NCBI RefSeq assembly: GCF_036321535.1
Contig: NC_087444.1
Location: 77,872,001 to 77,936,000, forward strand
Length of the DNA stretch: 64,000 nt
Source of the DNA: Camelus dromedarius
Lineage: Eukaryota
Direction of reading: 5' to 3'
Of the stretch, positions 1 through 12,616 are shown in pieces. How positions within the stretch are numbered: the first letter of the stretch is position 1; every line of letters starts with the position of its first letter. Under the pieces are notes generated by a model, which was not told the origin of the DNA, ran no database searches, and saw nothing but the letters and a program-made list of their open reading frames with translations. The translations under genes were made by a program, and so were the position numbers.

Positions 1-1365
1 AACTTGGGACAAGACAGAGGTGGTGGTCAGACTGAGCTGTATCACCAAATCCACCCAACAGGCAGAACGATGATGGGAATGGTTATTGTTTACTCTGGGT
101 GGAGGCCCTGTTCTAGTTTGCATGCTTGAGCGCATTTAATCCTGGCAGGTGGATTACCTTCTGGACCCCCTCATTCACTCAGTACGATTTAATTTGAACA
201 CCTACCATGTGGCAGGCAGGATGTCTGGGGATATGGCAGAGAGTAAAAGGGGCAAAACCTCTGCCCTCAAGGAGCTTACGTCCTCGTGGGGAAGCCAGAC
301 AGCGAGTAAGTATATGCCATCATCAAGTGGGCGAGTGATGACGGCTTTGAAAAACACGAAGTCAGGGTTCGAAGTCAGGGTCCGGGGGATAGAAAGGGAG
401 GGGTGGGCAGGGCAGACCTGTCTGAGGGAGTGTCATTCGGGCTGCAGGAAGGTCTATGGGAAAAGCAGCCCGAGAAGAGGGAACAGCAGGTGCAAAGATC
501 CGGCAAGGGGACCGTGCTGGCTGAGTTGTGGGGGCCACCAGGAAGCCAGCCAGGCTGGGTGGGAGGTGCTGAGGTCAGAGGTAAGCGGTCAGCAGTTCCA
601 TCACTGGCCTAGGCTGAGGTGGCCAATGTGTTGTTTTCTTCAAGCACTAGGGGGCTCCTGGGTGCATTGACAGGGCGGTGGGCAGGCACGTAGAGGCCAT
701 GAGCAGGCTGGTGGCAGTGGGGATGGGTGAAATCTACAGGACCTTAAGGTTCTTGATATTGCAGGCCCTGGGGGTTTCTGTCCCAACCTACTCAGTTCTG
801 CTGCCTTAGCCCCAGAGCGGCCTAAGGCTTAAGCATGGCCATGTTTCAGTCAGACTTTGTTTACAGAAACGGGCAGTGGCTGGAGGAGTCAGAAAGGGAG
901 TCCACCCTTTATGACTCCTGAAATCCCAACAGGCCCCACCCCTGCTAAAAAGCTTTCAAGAGCCGCCAACACACTGCATTTTGAATACATCCCAAACTCC
1001 CAAAAGATCCATAAGCACTCTCCCTGAGGCCTCCTGGGCCTTCTTTCCATCTGTCCCTGGTATACACCAAGCCTTGTCTGACCTGGGGACATTCGCACGA
1101 GACTGCTATATGCCTGGAGAGCTTTCCACCCCATCTTCTTTCTTCCCCAACCTCCAGTCCTAGGCTCGCCTTAAAATGTCACCCAGAGCATCTTCCCAGT
1201 CTCCGCTCCCATACTCTGTTCACTTCACTGTCTGGTCTTCACGACCCATCGAAATTTATCATTATTTGTTGGCTTATGTGTTTGTCTCCATCTTGCCTGA
1301 TGAGTACAGCCCCAGGAGAGCAGGGCGTCTGTCCATCGCCCCTGGCAGAGTGCCTGACAGAATGA

Positions 1366-2090
1366 GGTGTTCATTCAACAAACATCGTATTGAGCAGCTA
1401 CTAAAGGCCAGGCAGCGTTCTGTGTGCTTGGGATTCGTCAGCAAACAAAGATCTTTCCCCTTGTGGGGCTTATGGTGGCGAGGGCAGGCAGACACAAAAA
1501 CGAAATGTAATAAGTAAAATACATGGTATGTTAGGAGGCAGCAAGTACCGTAGAAAAAGTGAAAAGTAGAACAGGGGTAACAGGGGTGCCAGGGGTTCAG
1601 ACGCCGTGGTAAATTTTAAGCTGGGTGTCCAGGGAGGCCTCACTGAGCACATGTCATGTGAACACAAGTTTGAAGGCAGGGAGGCACTGAGCTCTGTGCT
1701 TATCAGAGGAAGAGCATTCCAGGCAGCAGGAACAGCTGGAGCTGGAACACACTCGAGGAACTGCAAGGAGGCCAGTGTGAATGCAGCAGAGTGGGCAGGA
1801 GCAGGGTGTGGGGAAGTGAGGTCAGAGAGATGTCTGTGTGGTCAGGTTGGGGAGGGGTATCACGGAGGGCCTTCAAGGCCATGGTTAGGACTCTGGTTTT
1901 GTCTTTGAGGAAACAGGGAGCCACTGCAGGGTTTTGAGCAGAGGAGTGCTGTGGTCTGACTCTGGTTTTTCCAGGTCATTCCGACTACTGGGTGGAGAAG
2001 AGAAGGAAGGGGGATGAGGATGGAGGCAGGGAGGCCAGGGAGGAGGCTGTTGCCCAGTAATTCTGAGAAGAGATGGTGCCAGTGGTCAAA
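1366..2090 (-). mobile_element. LINE L2 fragment (resumes ~2950-3240)
   Basis: Starts with the reversed L2 3' end CATTCAACAAACAT..TTGAGC. Typical GGAAGAGCATTCCAGGCAG and GAGCCACTGCAGGGTTTTGAGCAG. Confidence 0.75.
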
Positions 2091-2094
2091 GAAG

Positions 2095-2880
2095 GTATGT
2101 AAAAGGCCAATAAACACATGACAAGGTGCTCAGCATCATCAGCCAGGAGGGAAATGCAAGTCAAAATCACAACGAGATACGACTTCACACTGCCAGGATG
2201 GCTGTAGTCAAGAAGTGAGATAACAGTGTTGGAGAGGATGTGGAGAAATAGCTCAGACAGCCAGTGGGAATAAAAATGGTGCAGCTGCTTTGTAAAACAG
2301 CCTGGCAGTTCCTCNNNNNNNNNNNNNNNNNNNNNNNNNNNNNNNNNNNNNNNNNNNNNNNNNNNNNNNNNNNNNNNNNNNNNNNNNNNNNNNNNNNNNN
2401 NNNNNNNNNNNNNNNNNNNNNNNNNNNNNNNNNNNNNNNNNNNNNNNNNNNNNNNNNNNCCTGAATGTTCAGCAACTGGTGAATGGAGAAACTGTGGTGT
2501 ATACTTACAGTGAAATATTACACAGCCATAGAAATAAATGAAGTACTATTACATGCTACAAAGTGGATGAACCTTAGAAACACTGTGCTAAGGAAAGGAA
2601 GCCAGTCACAAAGGACTAGGTGTTGTATGATTCCATTGATACAAAATGTCCAGAATAGGCAAATCCATGCAGACAGAAAGTAGATTAGATTGCTTGGGGG
2701 ATGGGGAGGTGATAGCTAATGGGTAGGTTTTCTTTTGAGGGGCGATTAAAATATTCTGAAATTGATTGTGGTGATGACATAGATGCCCAACTTTGACTAT
2801 GCTAAAATAATTCAAACTGGTGAATTTTATGTATGGTATGTGAGTTATATCTCAGTAAAGCTGTTCTTTAAAAAAAATTG
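2095..2880 (+). mobile_element. Ancient L1M (L1MB-like) 3' fragment containing N-run 2315-2459
   Basis: AGGGAAATGCAAGTCAAAATCACAACGAGATAC, TGTTGGAGAGGATGTGGAGAAA, ATGATTCCATTGATACAAAATGTCCAGAATAGGCAAATCC. Confidence 0.85.
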
Positions 2881-3249
2881 AAAAAGAAGTACTGAGACGG
2901 GAGGAACTAAAAGAAGTCCAGAAGGTAGGGAGAGAGAGAGGGAGAGAGAGCACGCTGAGGGAAGAAGGATCTGAGCAGGAGAGGAGGGCGTGTAGAGCGC
3001 CAGGGCACCAGTGAGGAATTTTGTTGGGGAGGTGTGATAGATTTGGTATTCCCGTTGAGACTCTAGCTCAGGGCTGCTGGATAGAGAGCTGACTGGAGGG
3101 CCCAGGGTGGTAGCAGAAACTCGAGCTGGTTGTGGCTTGGGCTAAGGGGGTGGCCATGGGAGAGAAATGGGTGGCTTTGAGAACTCCTTGGGAGATGGCC
3201 TAGTGATGGGCCTTCCCAGTTAGTTTGGGAGACTGGAATTGGCAGGGGA

Positions 3250-3850
3250 TAGGCTGGGGAAGGGGTGTCCTCCCTTTGCTAAACATTGGAGAACCAGAAA
3301 CTTAGTTCTACTCAATGAAAGCCAGATTGTCCCTTCGGCTGGAATTCTAGCTTCAGAAATGAATCTTCCTTTCTTCTGTTCAGCTGTATTAACTTACTCA
3401 AGAAATACACGCTTGGAGGGAAATTTGCGCAGTTACTGCAGTGTGAGAAGTGAAAGTAGGAGGTGCAGCTCTAGCCCTTCTTCACCTCCCACACTTGCAT
3501 TCCCTCCCCCTCAGGTATCGCTGTTAACCTCGTTAACCTCGCTAACCTCGGGTGTCTTCTTCCCCACGCCACTTGGACGGTTGCGTTCCCACACATCCTC
3601 CCTGGGCAGCCTGCAAATTGGCTGCTGCGGGGCAGTGGTTTCTAGTATTCTCCAACTGCCAGGCGTTTCCACCGGGTCCAGTCTGCGGCTCAGAGCTGCA
3701 GTGAGCATCCTCCCAAATTTGTCTTTGGGCAAAGGTGTGAGCTTTTCTGAAGGAGAAATTCCTAGAAGTGGAGTCGTAGGATCAAAGGGCACATGTGCTC
3801 ACAGTTGTGCCAGGTAGCCCTTGGCAGGGCTCTGCTTAATTGGATCTCCA
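3250..3850 (-). mobile_element. Degraded L1M fragment
   Basis: Reverse L1 signature AATTCCTAGAAGTGGAGTCGTAGGATCAAAGGG. Confidence 0.55.
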
Positions 3851-4619
3851 CCAGCAGGATCTGACCCATTCATTCAGCAAGTATTTATTTAGGACCAACT
3901 GTTTGCCAGGGATACACCAGTGACCAAGAAAGGAAGCAAGACATCGCCTTCCTAGGGCTTCTGTTCTGGTGGAGAGACAGGTAGTAAACAGTAAGCATTA
4001 AACCCATGGTGGCTGACCATCCCAGGTTGCCTGAAATGCCGGACTTCAGTGCTGATGATGGGAAAGTCCAGGGCTAAGTGAGAGAAGCGAGAGAACTAGT
4101 TTTGTGGGTATCCAGAGAAGAGGAAGCAGCCGATGTCAATGTCCCGATGCAGAAATGAGCCCAACTGTTAGCAGTCTTCAGAATATGTGCCAGTCGTGGG
4201 CAAGCCAGGGTGCCCCATCTTTCAGCTGCATTTCCTTTCTTTCCAGAGAGGCTGAGCATCTTTGCTTGGGTAAGTGCTTCCATCTTCATTTCTGAGTCCA
4301 CAGTCTGTGGTTGCTGACATGTTCCCCGCCCCTTCGTGGCCTTAATACTTTTAAGCTCACCACCTGTACGTGCCATCGACAGGTAATTAACAAGAACCAC
4401 TTTCCTTTTTCCCCTGAGCAGAGGTTAGCGCTCTCCTGGCGGGAGGGACCCTGATTAAGTGGTAACCGTGTCCTGCAGTGGACCAGGTGCTCCCTCTAGT
4501 GACGGACACAGCCTCAGTGAAACGCACAGCCCGTCTCACACCCCAACTCCAGAAATGCAGGGCGGAGTCTTCGCACAGGATGAAAACATAGTTTAGCGTG
4601 CTGGGGGCTTCCTTTAACC

Positions 4620-5330
4620 AAAACCAACACCTCTGATGTACATCAAGATTGAATAGAGTAAGGCCTGATGCTGGCGAGGTGGGAGCAGGCGGCCGTCCTC
4701 ACATACAGGGACTGGCATGGCTTTCAGCATTGCATCTTGGCATCGTGTAGCAAAGGTCTTAAAAACACCCCTACCCCCAGAATTTCACCCTGCTAGGAGG
4801 TCATCCTGGGGGAGAAAGTGAACGCTCCATGTGGTGTGCAAAAGATAGTCCTCAAAGTATTGCTATAGTAGTGAAAATCAGGAAAAAGCCAAACGTCTAG
4901 CGGTAGGAGCTGAAATAAAAATTATGCTGCGTGGACTCCAAAAACATCAGTGTTAAAGGAGCCCCGAGAGACTCAAGAACCAGATGCAAAACCTAATCCC
5001 GGAGTAGCAGCAGCTGAAAAGAAAATTGCTCCAAAGGACAATATTGGGACAGTTGGTGAAACTTGAACATGGACTTCACCAATGTGAAGTTCTTGATTTT
5101 GATAACTATACTGTAGCTGTGTGAGAGAAAGTCCTTGTTCTTCAGCAATGTCCCTTAGGGGGCGGCCTGCTCTCAAGTGCCCCTGAAAAAAAAAGAATAT
5201 TTATATGGGAAGAAAATCATAAAGCAGTGTGATGAAACCTTAACAAGTGGTGAATTGATGAAAGCTGTACTTGAACTTGAGAACTATTTCAAAATATAAA
5301 GTTAAAAAGAAATTAAAAGGGAGAAAAGGC
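4620..5330 (+). mobile_element. Degraded L1ME/L1MC-like fragment
   Basis: TTCTTGATTTTGATAACTATACTGTAGCTGTGTGAGAGAAAGTCCTTGTTCTT matches the recalled old-L1 3'UTR. Confidence 0.55.
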
Positions 5331-6539
5331 AGGTGCACAGAACATCTGGTATAGATTTCAGGAGTTTGCAAGCCCACCCTGTCAAACGGCAGTTAAAAAT
5401 AGCTGCTCAGAGGCTGTATTTATCAACACGGAGCTGCACACTGAGCAAGTGTTAGGGTACAAAGGCAGAAACGCTTATGCCAAATCTTATCCTTGACTTG
5501 CCCACCAAAGCACAATACATATGGGGGCCCGATTGTTTTTTTTCTTGGTTGAACAGAAATGAAGTAGTGGACAGGCACGTAGAGGCCGTGTTGAATGAAA
5601 AACGCATACATTTCAGCCCTGGCTTTACACCTCAGAGTGGAAGCTAACCACCCTGCATGCGAGAGGAGTGAGGCTGGCGTCTCCCCGTCACGCTCTCCCT
5701 GGGCATATGCTCGGCGAGGAGAATGGCAGTCAAGTCCTGCACCGTTTATGTTTAAATTTAAGCTTTACTTAAAAAAAATAGATACTACACCTACACAAGA
5801 ACTCAGAAGTACAAGAGTGTGCAGCAGAAAGCTCTCCCTCACAGGCAAGATGCACCGCCGGGGAGGGCTGCACCAGCCTGCAGTAACAAGTGGCCCCAAG
5901 GCCCCAGGGGTTAAAGCAACAAGGGTTTATTTCTCACTCGCGCTACCTGTCCATCGAGTGTTGGCTCCGGCCCCTATTTGGTGTTATCCTTATTCTGGGG
6001 CTCAGTTAACCTACTTGGGACCCAGGCCAGAAAGAGTAGCCCTTCCCTGAAATATCACCAGTGACCATGGCAGAGGGCAGGGAAGAGCATGGGGATCCAC
6101 ACACCGGCTCCCAGACGCTTCTACCTGGAAAGGCACTTCTGCTCACACCGCCCAGAGGCCATCTAACCTCTAGGGAGCAGGGAAGTAGGGTCCTACTGTG
6201 TGCCCAGGAGGAGCGGCTCCTCAGTGATCCCATACTAAGAGGCATGGCATCACCACCCTCCCTCCCCACCCACCCCCAATTATCTGTAGACTAAGACTCC
6301 AACACAAAGAGGCAATTTCTGAGGATGTGCAAACTACCGTCACATGCACCAGGAGGGGGCACTTCACAAATGATCCGAACACCAGTACTTGAATGCACCC
6401 CGCCATTAATCTACAGTCAAACAAATGAAACTGAGCAAGTGAAATCTAGCCAGTGGTGAACACTTAACTGCACTGAAAGGGAGGAGGCTTTCTTAACCCT
6501 AGATCACACTCCTTCCTCCAGCAAGCACCTCCCTGCCGG

Positions 6540-6903
6540 GATGGTTAAACGGCCAGGCTACTATCCTTGGGTTCAGACACAGCCCAGGTGTTGCTGTGAA
6601 GGTATTTCGTAGATATGATTAGCCTCTGCAGTCAGTTGACTTTGAGAAAAGGGGATTCTCCTAGCTCATGTGGTGGGCCACATCCAATCAGTTGAAGGCC
6701 TTAAGAGCAAAAGCTGAGGTTCCCTGGAAAAGAAGGAATCCTGCCTCAAGACTGCAGCCTAGAAAGCCTGCCTGAGTTTCCAACCTGCCTTACAGACTTT
6801 GGATTTGCCAGACCCCACTGTCACATGAGTCAGTTCCTTAACATGCATCCATACCCACACACCCTGTTGGTTCTGTTTCTCTGGAGAACCCCAGCTAATA
6901 CAG
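6540..6903 (+). mobile_element. MLT2-type (ERVL) solo LTR
   Basis: ATCCAATCAGTTGAAGGCCTTAAGAGCAAAAGCTGAGG ... TTGGTTCTGTTTCTCTGGAGAACCC..TAATACA end. Confidence 0.8.
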
Positions 6904-7257
6904 AATAAAATCCAGTATTTGGGAAGCAGACACTTAGTGCACTAGAGAGGAAGCGGCTTTCTTAGCGATAAAATTAATGCTGAAATGCCCTGCACACACA
7001 ACCCAGAGGGACATGTAAACTGAGGCTTTGATGCAGAGTGAGTCTGCAGTTCACAGACACTTAGATGCTGCTAGAGGAGAGCTGTCCTAACATTTCTAAA
7101 ACCAAGCCTTAGAGGCACCTTCTGAGAAACGTGGGGTGGGGGGGACTGTAGTCATCACTATACAAATACTGTAGTGCACTGGGTGGGAGGAGAGAGGTGG
7201 GGGAAATGCCTCCTAGCTATAAAAGCTGATACTTAGACTGTATCCTGTCATAACCCC

Positions 7258-7610
7258 TGTTATGGGTTGAGTTGTGTCCACCCCTCACAGAGATGTTGAA
7301 GTCCTAACCTCCGGGACCTGTGAATGTGAAATTTGGAAATAGGATCTTTGCAGATGAAATCATTGGGGGTGGGCCCTAACCCACCATGACTAGTGTCCTT
7401 ATAAAATGTGGAAGTTCTGACAAGGAGACACACACACAGGGAAGACGCTGGGTGGAGGAATGCCAGCACGGCCACCAGAAGCTGGGAGAGAGGCGCAGAC
7501 AGATTCTCCCGCACAGCCTCCGAGGGAACCAGCCCTGCCCGCACCGCCCGCTCAGGCTCCCAGCCTCCAGCACCTGGAGAGAAGACATTTCTGTTCAAGC
7601 TGCCCCAGGA
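7258..7610 (+). mobile_element. MLT1-type (MaLR) solo LTR
   Basis: TGTTATGGGTTGAGTTGTGTCC..GAAGTCCTAACC..GAAATAGGATCTTTGCAGATG. Confidence 0.8.
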
Positions 7611-7967
7611 AACTGATGCATACCCCCTCCCCCCACCAACTTCAATGATATTCAGCCAAAGAGTTCGAGGATAAGGAGGTGCCAACAAATGGAATCTGCA
7701 AACAAATGCTTACATGCTCAGAGGGAAGAGAGGCTTTCTTAGGAAGAAACCAAGGACTTAAAGGCACCTTACAGGGCATCACCCCCGTGCCTGACTCCTC
7801 TCCTTGCTTGGTGTCAGCCGGCACAGCCATGACCACCTGTGAAAGACACTTAGATGCCTGCCCCTCTTGACCACAAAGGGGACTCCACAGTGACCTGCAA
7901 ATGCAGAGGTGGAAACCCATCCCTTCCCAACAGTAAAACTTGAGACACGGGATCAGGAAAACATCTG

Positions 7968-7973
7968 TTTATT
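7968..7973 (-). terminator. SHISA7: SHISA7 polyadenylation signal AATAAA
   Basis: Plus-strand TTTATT, lying where unique sequence meets the repeat-rich intergenic DNA. Confidence 0.7.
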
Positions 7974-9639
7974 CAAAAAAATACCAAGTTGCAGCTCAGC
8001 CGGCTGTTCTCACCTAGGAACTGGGGCAAGAATTTGGTGTTGGGGGGAGAGATAAGGAAGGAGGCAAAGCTGTGGAAGGTCTTTTGGTCCAGAATTGTTT
8101 ATCTTCTCCTTTCTGTACCGCCCTCCACTGCCCGCTCACCAGAATGGGGGTGGGGCTTGCACGCAAGATCCTGTGTCTGTGTTTATCGGGCAGCAGGGGA
8201 AGACTCAGATGGTGAGGTCCCAGCTCTGGAAGCATCAAGGGGACCTGGCAGGACATGCCCACTTCCTCACCCCCTTGGGACCTCTCCCCACTATGGCTTA
8301 TTTGAGATAAGAGGTCAATGCCCCAGGATCAGGCAGCCTGTGAGGACTGAGTCATGAGTCGGGGGGGGGGGGAGCGAGGTACCTGAATCCAGGCTGCTGA
8401 AGGGCAAGTTGGGGGGGGCATACAAAAGCTGAAAGGCCCCAAGCCCCCCCAGTTGTGGGGGCTGGAGAAAGCTGAGTGCTCCTTGGGGGTGGTGCGCAGA
8501 GGGGAGGGGGTCTGGGAAGGGGCAGGCACCCCAGCTGGCTCCGTTTGGGGGAAGTCACAGTCTGCCATAGGGGTACTGGGCAAGGTGAGGCCTTCGGAGG
8601 GACTGGGGGAACCCACAGGAGCAGCTGTAAGCGTGGATGTGAAAAACTGGCAAACTGGCACTGGGGCCATGGTAGAGTCAGGGTAACACCCCAGTTTCCT
8701 CCGTGTGGTGGGAACAGAGGCCAGTTACCTATCCCAGGCGCCCGATGAAAAGAGATGAGCTGAGGTGCCAGTATTTGGGGGGAGACAGGAGACGGAGGGG
8801 GACGGCCCAAAAGAGGGAGAAGAGGCCCCCGCACCCTGCCCTGGGGGCCGGGGAGGGGGCATGTAGCCCTTTAAGAGTCGGGGAATGGCCGCCCCCCACA
8901 TGGCTATGTACAAGGAGAATTAGGGGTAAATTGTGCATTGGGTATTGGGGAATCCCCGAAACCCTAGAGGCTCCCTAGTGTGTGAGAGGGACATGAAGGA
9001 GAGAACGCTGCTTCTTTGCCATCTTGGGATGATGCAGAGCACCACCCTGCCCCCACAGATGGCACTGGCAGTGGCCATGGCCCTCCAGATGTGCCTGCCC
9101 CAGGACCAGGCCAGCAGAGCACGTGAAAGCCCCAGGGAGGTCGGCAGCTATTGGCCCAGCCCACAGGGGTCTCTGTGGAGAGTTTGGCCCAAGCCAATGG
9201 AGTGCTGCTCTGGGTGGGGATCCAGGTGACAGGGATTAGGCAAGGGGCAGTGACATCACCTGAGGACTGGAAAGCTACCCTCTGGTGATGATAAGAGGTC
9301 CCTGTGTTGACCCTGTCACCGACCAAATGGTTGGGTGAAGGGCAGTGAGTTATCAGGAGGGGTCCAGGTGCCCTCACCAGGGGGTGATGGGGGGCCGGCC
9401 AAGGCCAAGTCTGTGGTGAGGTTGATGCAGGCATCAGCCTAAGTTGGGAACAAGGCAGTGACATCATCAAGAAGGGCCAGAATAGGATGATGTCATCGAA
9501 GGTGGCCCTCCCCACTCTGTTTTTGAGGGAATGGGAGAATAATGTGTATTGTGCTGGTTCCCCTTAAGGGAACAACTGGAAGTGACCCCAGGAGACAGTT
9601 GAAATACAGCTGTCATAGTGCTTGGCTCCCAAGATGATG

Positions 9640-10270
9640 GATACTGGAAGATGGTGATACATGGCTGAAGTGGATCCTGGTAAATGACACTATCATTGGG
9701 TGTCCTGGATCCTGGGAGTTGATGATGTCATGGTTGTGGTGGATCCTGGTAGATGGCACCATGGTTGAAGTGGATCCTGGGAGATGATGATGTCATAGTT
9801 GAGGTGGATCCTGCGAGATGATGACACTATTGGGTGTCATGGATCTTGGGAGATGATGATGCCATTGTTGAAGTGGATCCTGGGAGATGATGATATCAGG
9901 GTTATGGTGGATCCTGGGGTGTGAAGACATGGTTGAAGTGGATCCTGGAAGATTGATGACACCAGTTATGGGGGACTATAGGAAGTTTTGGCATGATCAG
10001 TCCTAGTGGATCCTGGTAGAAGATGTTACCATCAGCTATAGTGGATTCTGGAATGACATCATTGGTCATGGTGGATTCTGGGACATGATGACATCATAAT
10101 TGTGGAGAATCATGGAAGATGGTGACACCATTGACTATAGGGAATCTTGGGAGAAGGTGACACTATAGTTATGGTAAATCCTGAAAGAGAATGATACCCT
10201 AGTTGTGGTGGATTCTGGGAGATGAAGACACTATAGGTCATAGGGAATCCTGGGAAATGATGTCATCATT
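9640..10270. repeat. Degenerate ~31-35 bp tandem array (core GTGGATCCTGG...GATGATGTCA), ~17 units
   Basis: Exact GTGGATCCTGG at 9670, 9739, 9770, 9873, 9907, 9938, 10006. Variants at 9804, 10041, 10071, 10208 and others. Confidence 0.85.
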
Positions 10271-11279
10271 AGGCATGGTTGACATTTGACCCCAGGTGCA
10301 GTGCCATCAGGAGTGGTGGAAGTCTTGTGGTGCTGCTGATGTCATCAACTAGAGCAGCAGCAGGCATATCCTAACCTCCCCCCACCCTGCAGCCGGAGGC
10401 CAGGACTTGTTTACAGAGGCGATGGTGTCTGTAGTTTTGGCAGAGAGAAGTGGCGCTAGCCTTTTGGCCACCTATGAGTCTGAGGACTCCAGGAGCCTGG
10501 TGGGCCAGAGTGGCCTCATTGGGAGCAGAAGCCAGTCTGGGAGTGCTGTCCTCCGGGAGTCACACAGGAGGTGACCTCACTACACAGGGGTAGGACCTGT
10601 GGCCCAAATTCCCTTTAGGGGAAGGTCTGGTGGAGCTCCTGCAGGGCATGTCCGTGGGGTCAGGAGAAGGAGCAACCAAGCTAAGTCACGGAGGGACAAG
10701 GCAGAGACCGGCGATACCATCACAAGTGACGGCCTTCCAAAGCAGGCGGTGTCTCTGGGGATGACATCACAGCGCTGGGGCAGAGCCTCCAGTGGTGTGG
10801 CGGCTCACTACCAGCAACCCGGAGACAGACCGTCATCTCTGGCAGAGACCTCTCCAGATGGGGCAGCCTTCCCAGTGATAACATCCCTCAGATGACATCT
10901 CAGGCTGGGGCACTTTCTCTGGTGCCCCCAGGATGGCCATGGCCTCGGCATCCCCTGCCTTTCTGTGACATGGCAGCAGCAGTGGCGGTCTCCTGGTGAT
11001 GTCTCAGAGCAGGCAGAGTCATCTCAGAGATATCGCAGAAGGGGCCTCATCCTGGAGATGTCCCAAAAGCAGGCTGTCATCTCCAGTGATGACATCATGG
11101 AAGAGGCAATCCCTCTCATGACATCATAGGGCAAGGCACCTTCTCTGGCAATGGCATCACAAAAAGGAAGCAGAATCTCTGTGATGATGTCATAGAAAGG
11201 AGGCCTTATGTCTAGTGAGGACACAGTTGGCCAGGCTTTTTCCCCTGGGATGTGTCCCAGGAAGGTGGCTTTGTCTGTA

Positions 11280-11720
11280 GTGATGACATCACAGACAGAG
11301 GCATCTTCTTTGGAAGAAAATATTTTCCTGGTGATGATGTCAAAAGAGGACTTCTGTTGCCAGAGATGACATCATAGATTGAAACTTATCTATGCAGTGA
11401 CATCATAAGACGGACTCTCTGTATCTAGGGATGACATCATAGGACAAAGCATTATTTCTTTTATGACATCACAGGAAGGAAGTCTTTGTGATGACATCAT
11501 GGAACATAGACATAGCCTCTAGTTAAGTGTGGGCCTGTTCCTCTGTGATGACCTCATGGGAAGGAGTTTTTGTCCCTGTGATAAACACAGACATCTTCCA
11601 TAGTGATGACCTCACAGACATCTTCCTCTGTGATGACATCATAGGAAGGAGGCCTTGCCTCATACTGTGATATAGAAAGAGGGATCTTGTCTGCCATGAC
11701 ATACAAGAAAGAGGCTTTGT
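11280..11720. repeat. Degenerate ~30-33 bp tandem array with GATGACATCA core
   Basis: TGACATC at 11284, 11367, 11398, 11432, 11464, 11492, 11634, with GATGACCTCA variants between the last two. Confidence 0.8.
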
Positions 11721-11875
11721 CTCTGGTGACGATTTCATCCAAACAGTGTCCTTGAAGGCAGCCCCCTACCACCTCTGATCTGGGCTCCAGGCCCCTGGAG
11801 TGTGCTGGGGGATGCAGGCTGGAATGGGGGCCCGGGAGGCTGCAGCCCCCAAGCCCCGGGCCCGGCCTCAGACAC

Positions 11876-12616
<741 letters not shown>

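Larger units (their letters stand above)
7950..11875 (-). other. SHISA7: SHISA7 long 3'UTR (~3.9 kb, inferred)
   Basis: Runs from the stop codon to a minus-strand AATAAA at 7968-7973. I saw no ordinary interspersed repeats here, unlike the flanks. Confidence 0.7.

Noticed and set aside
149-670. 173-aa ORF
   Set aside because: Lies in L2-like sequence and has no recognisable domain.
3239-3817. 192-aa Ser-rich ORF and a GTTAACCTC x3 microduplication at 3523-3549
   Set aside because: Falls inside a degraded reverse L1M fragment; most likely a local slippage event.
9640-10270. Regularly spaced repeats resembling a CRISPR array
   Set aside because: Mammalian DNA, degenerate units with no unique spacers, and no cas genes.
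10599-11772. Short ORFs in the SHISA7 3'UTR rich in DVIT/MMSS
   Set aside because: They are translations of the GATGACATCA repeat in several frames, with no consistent frame or splice structure.
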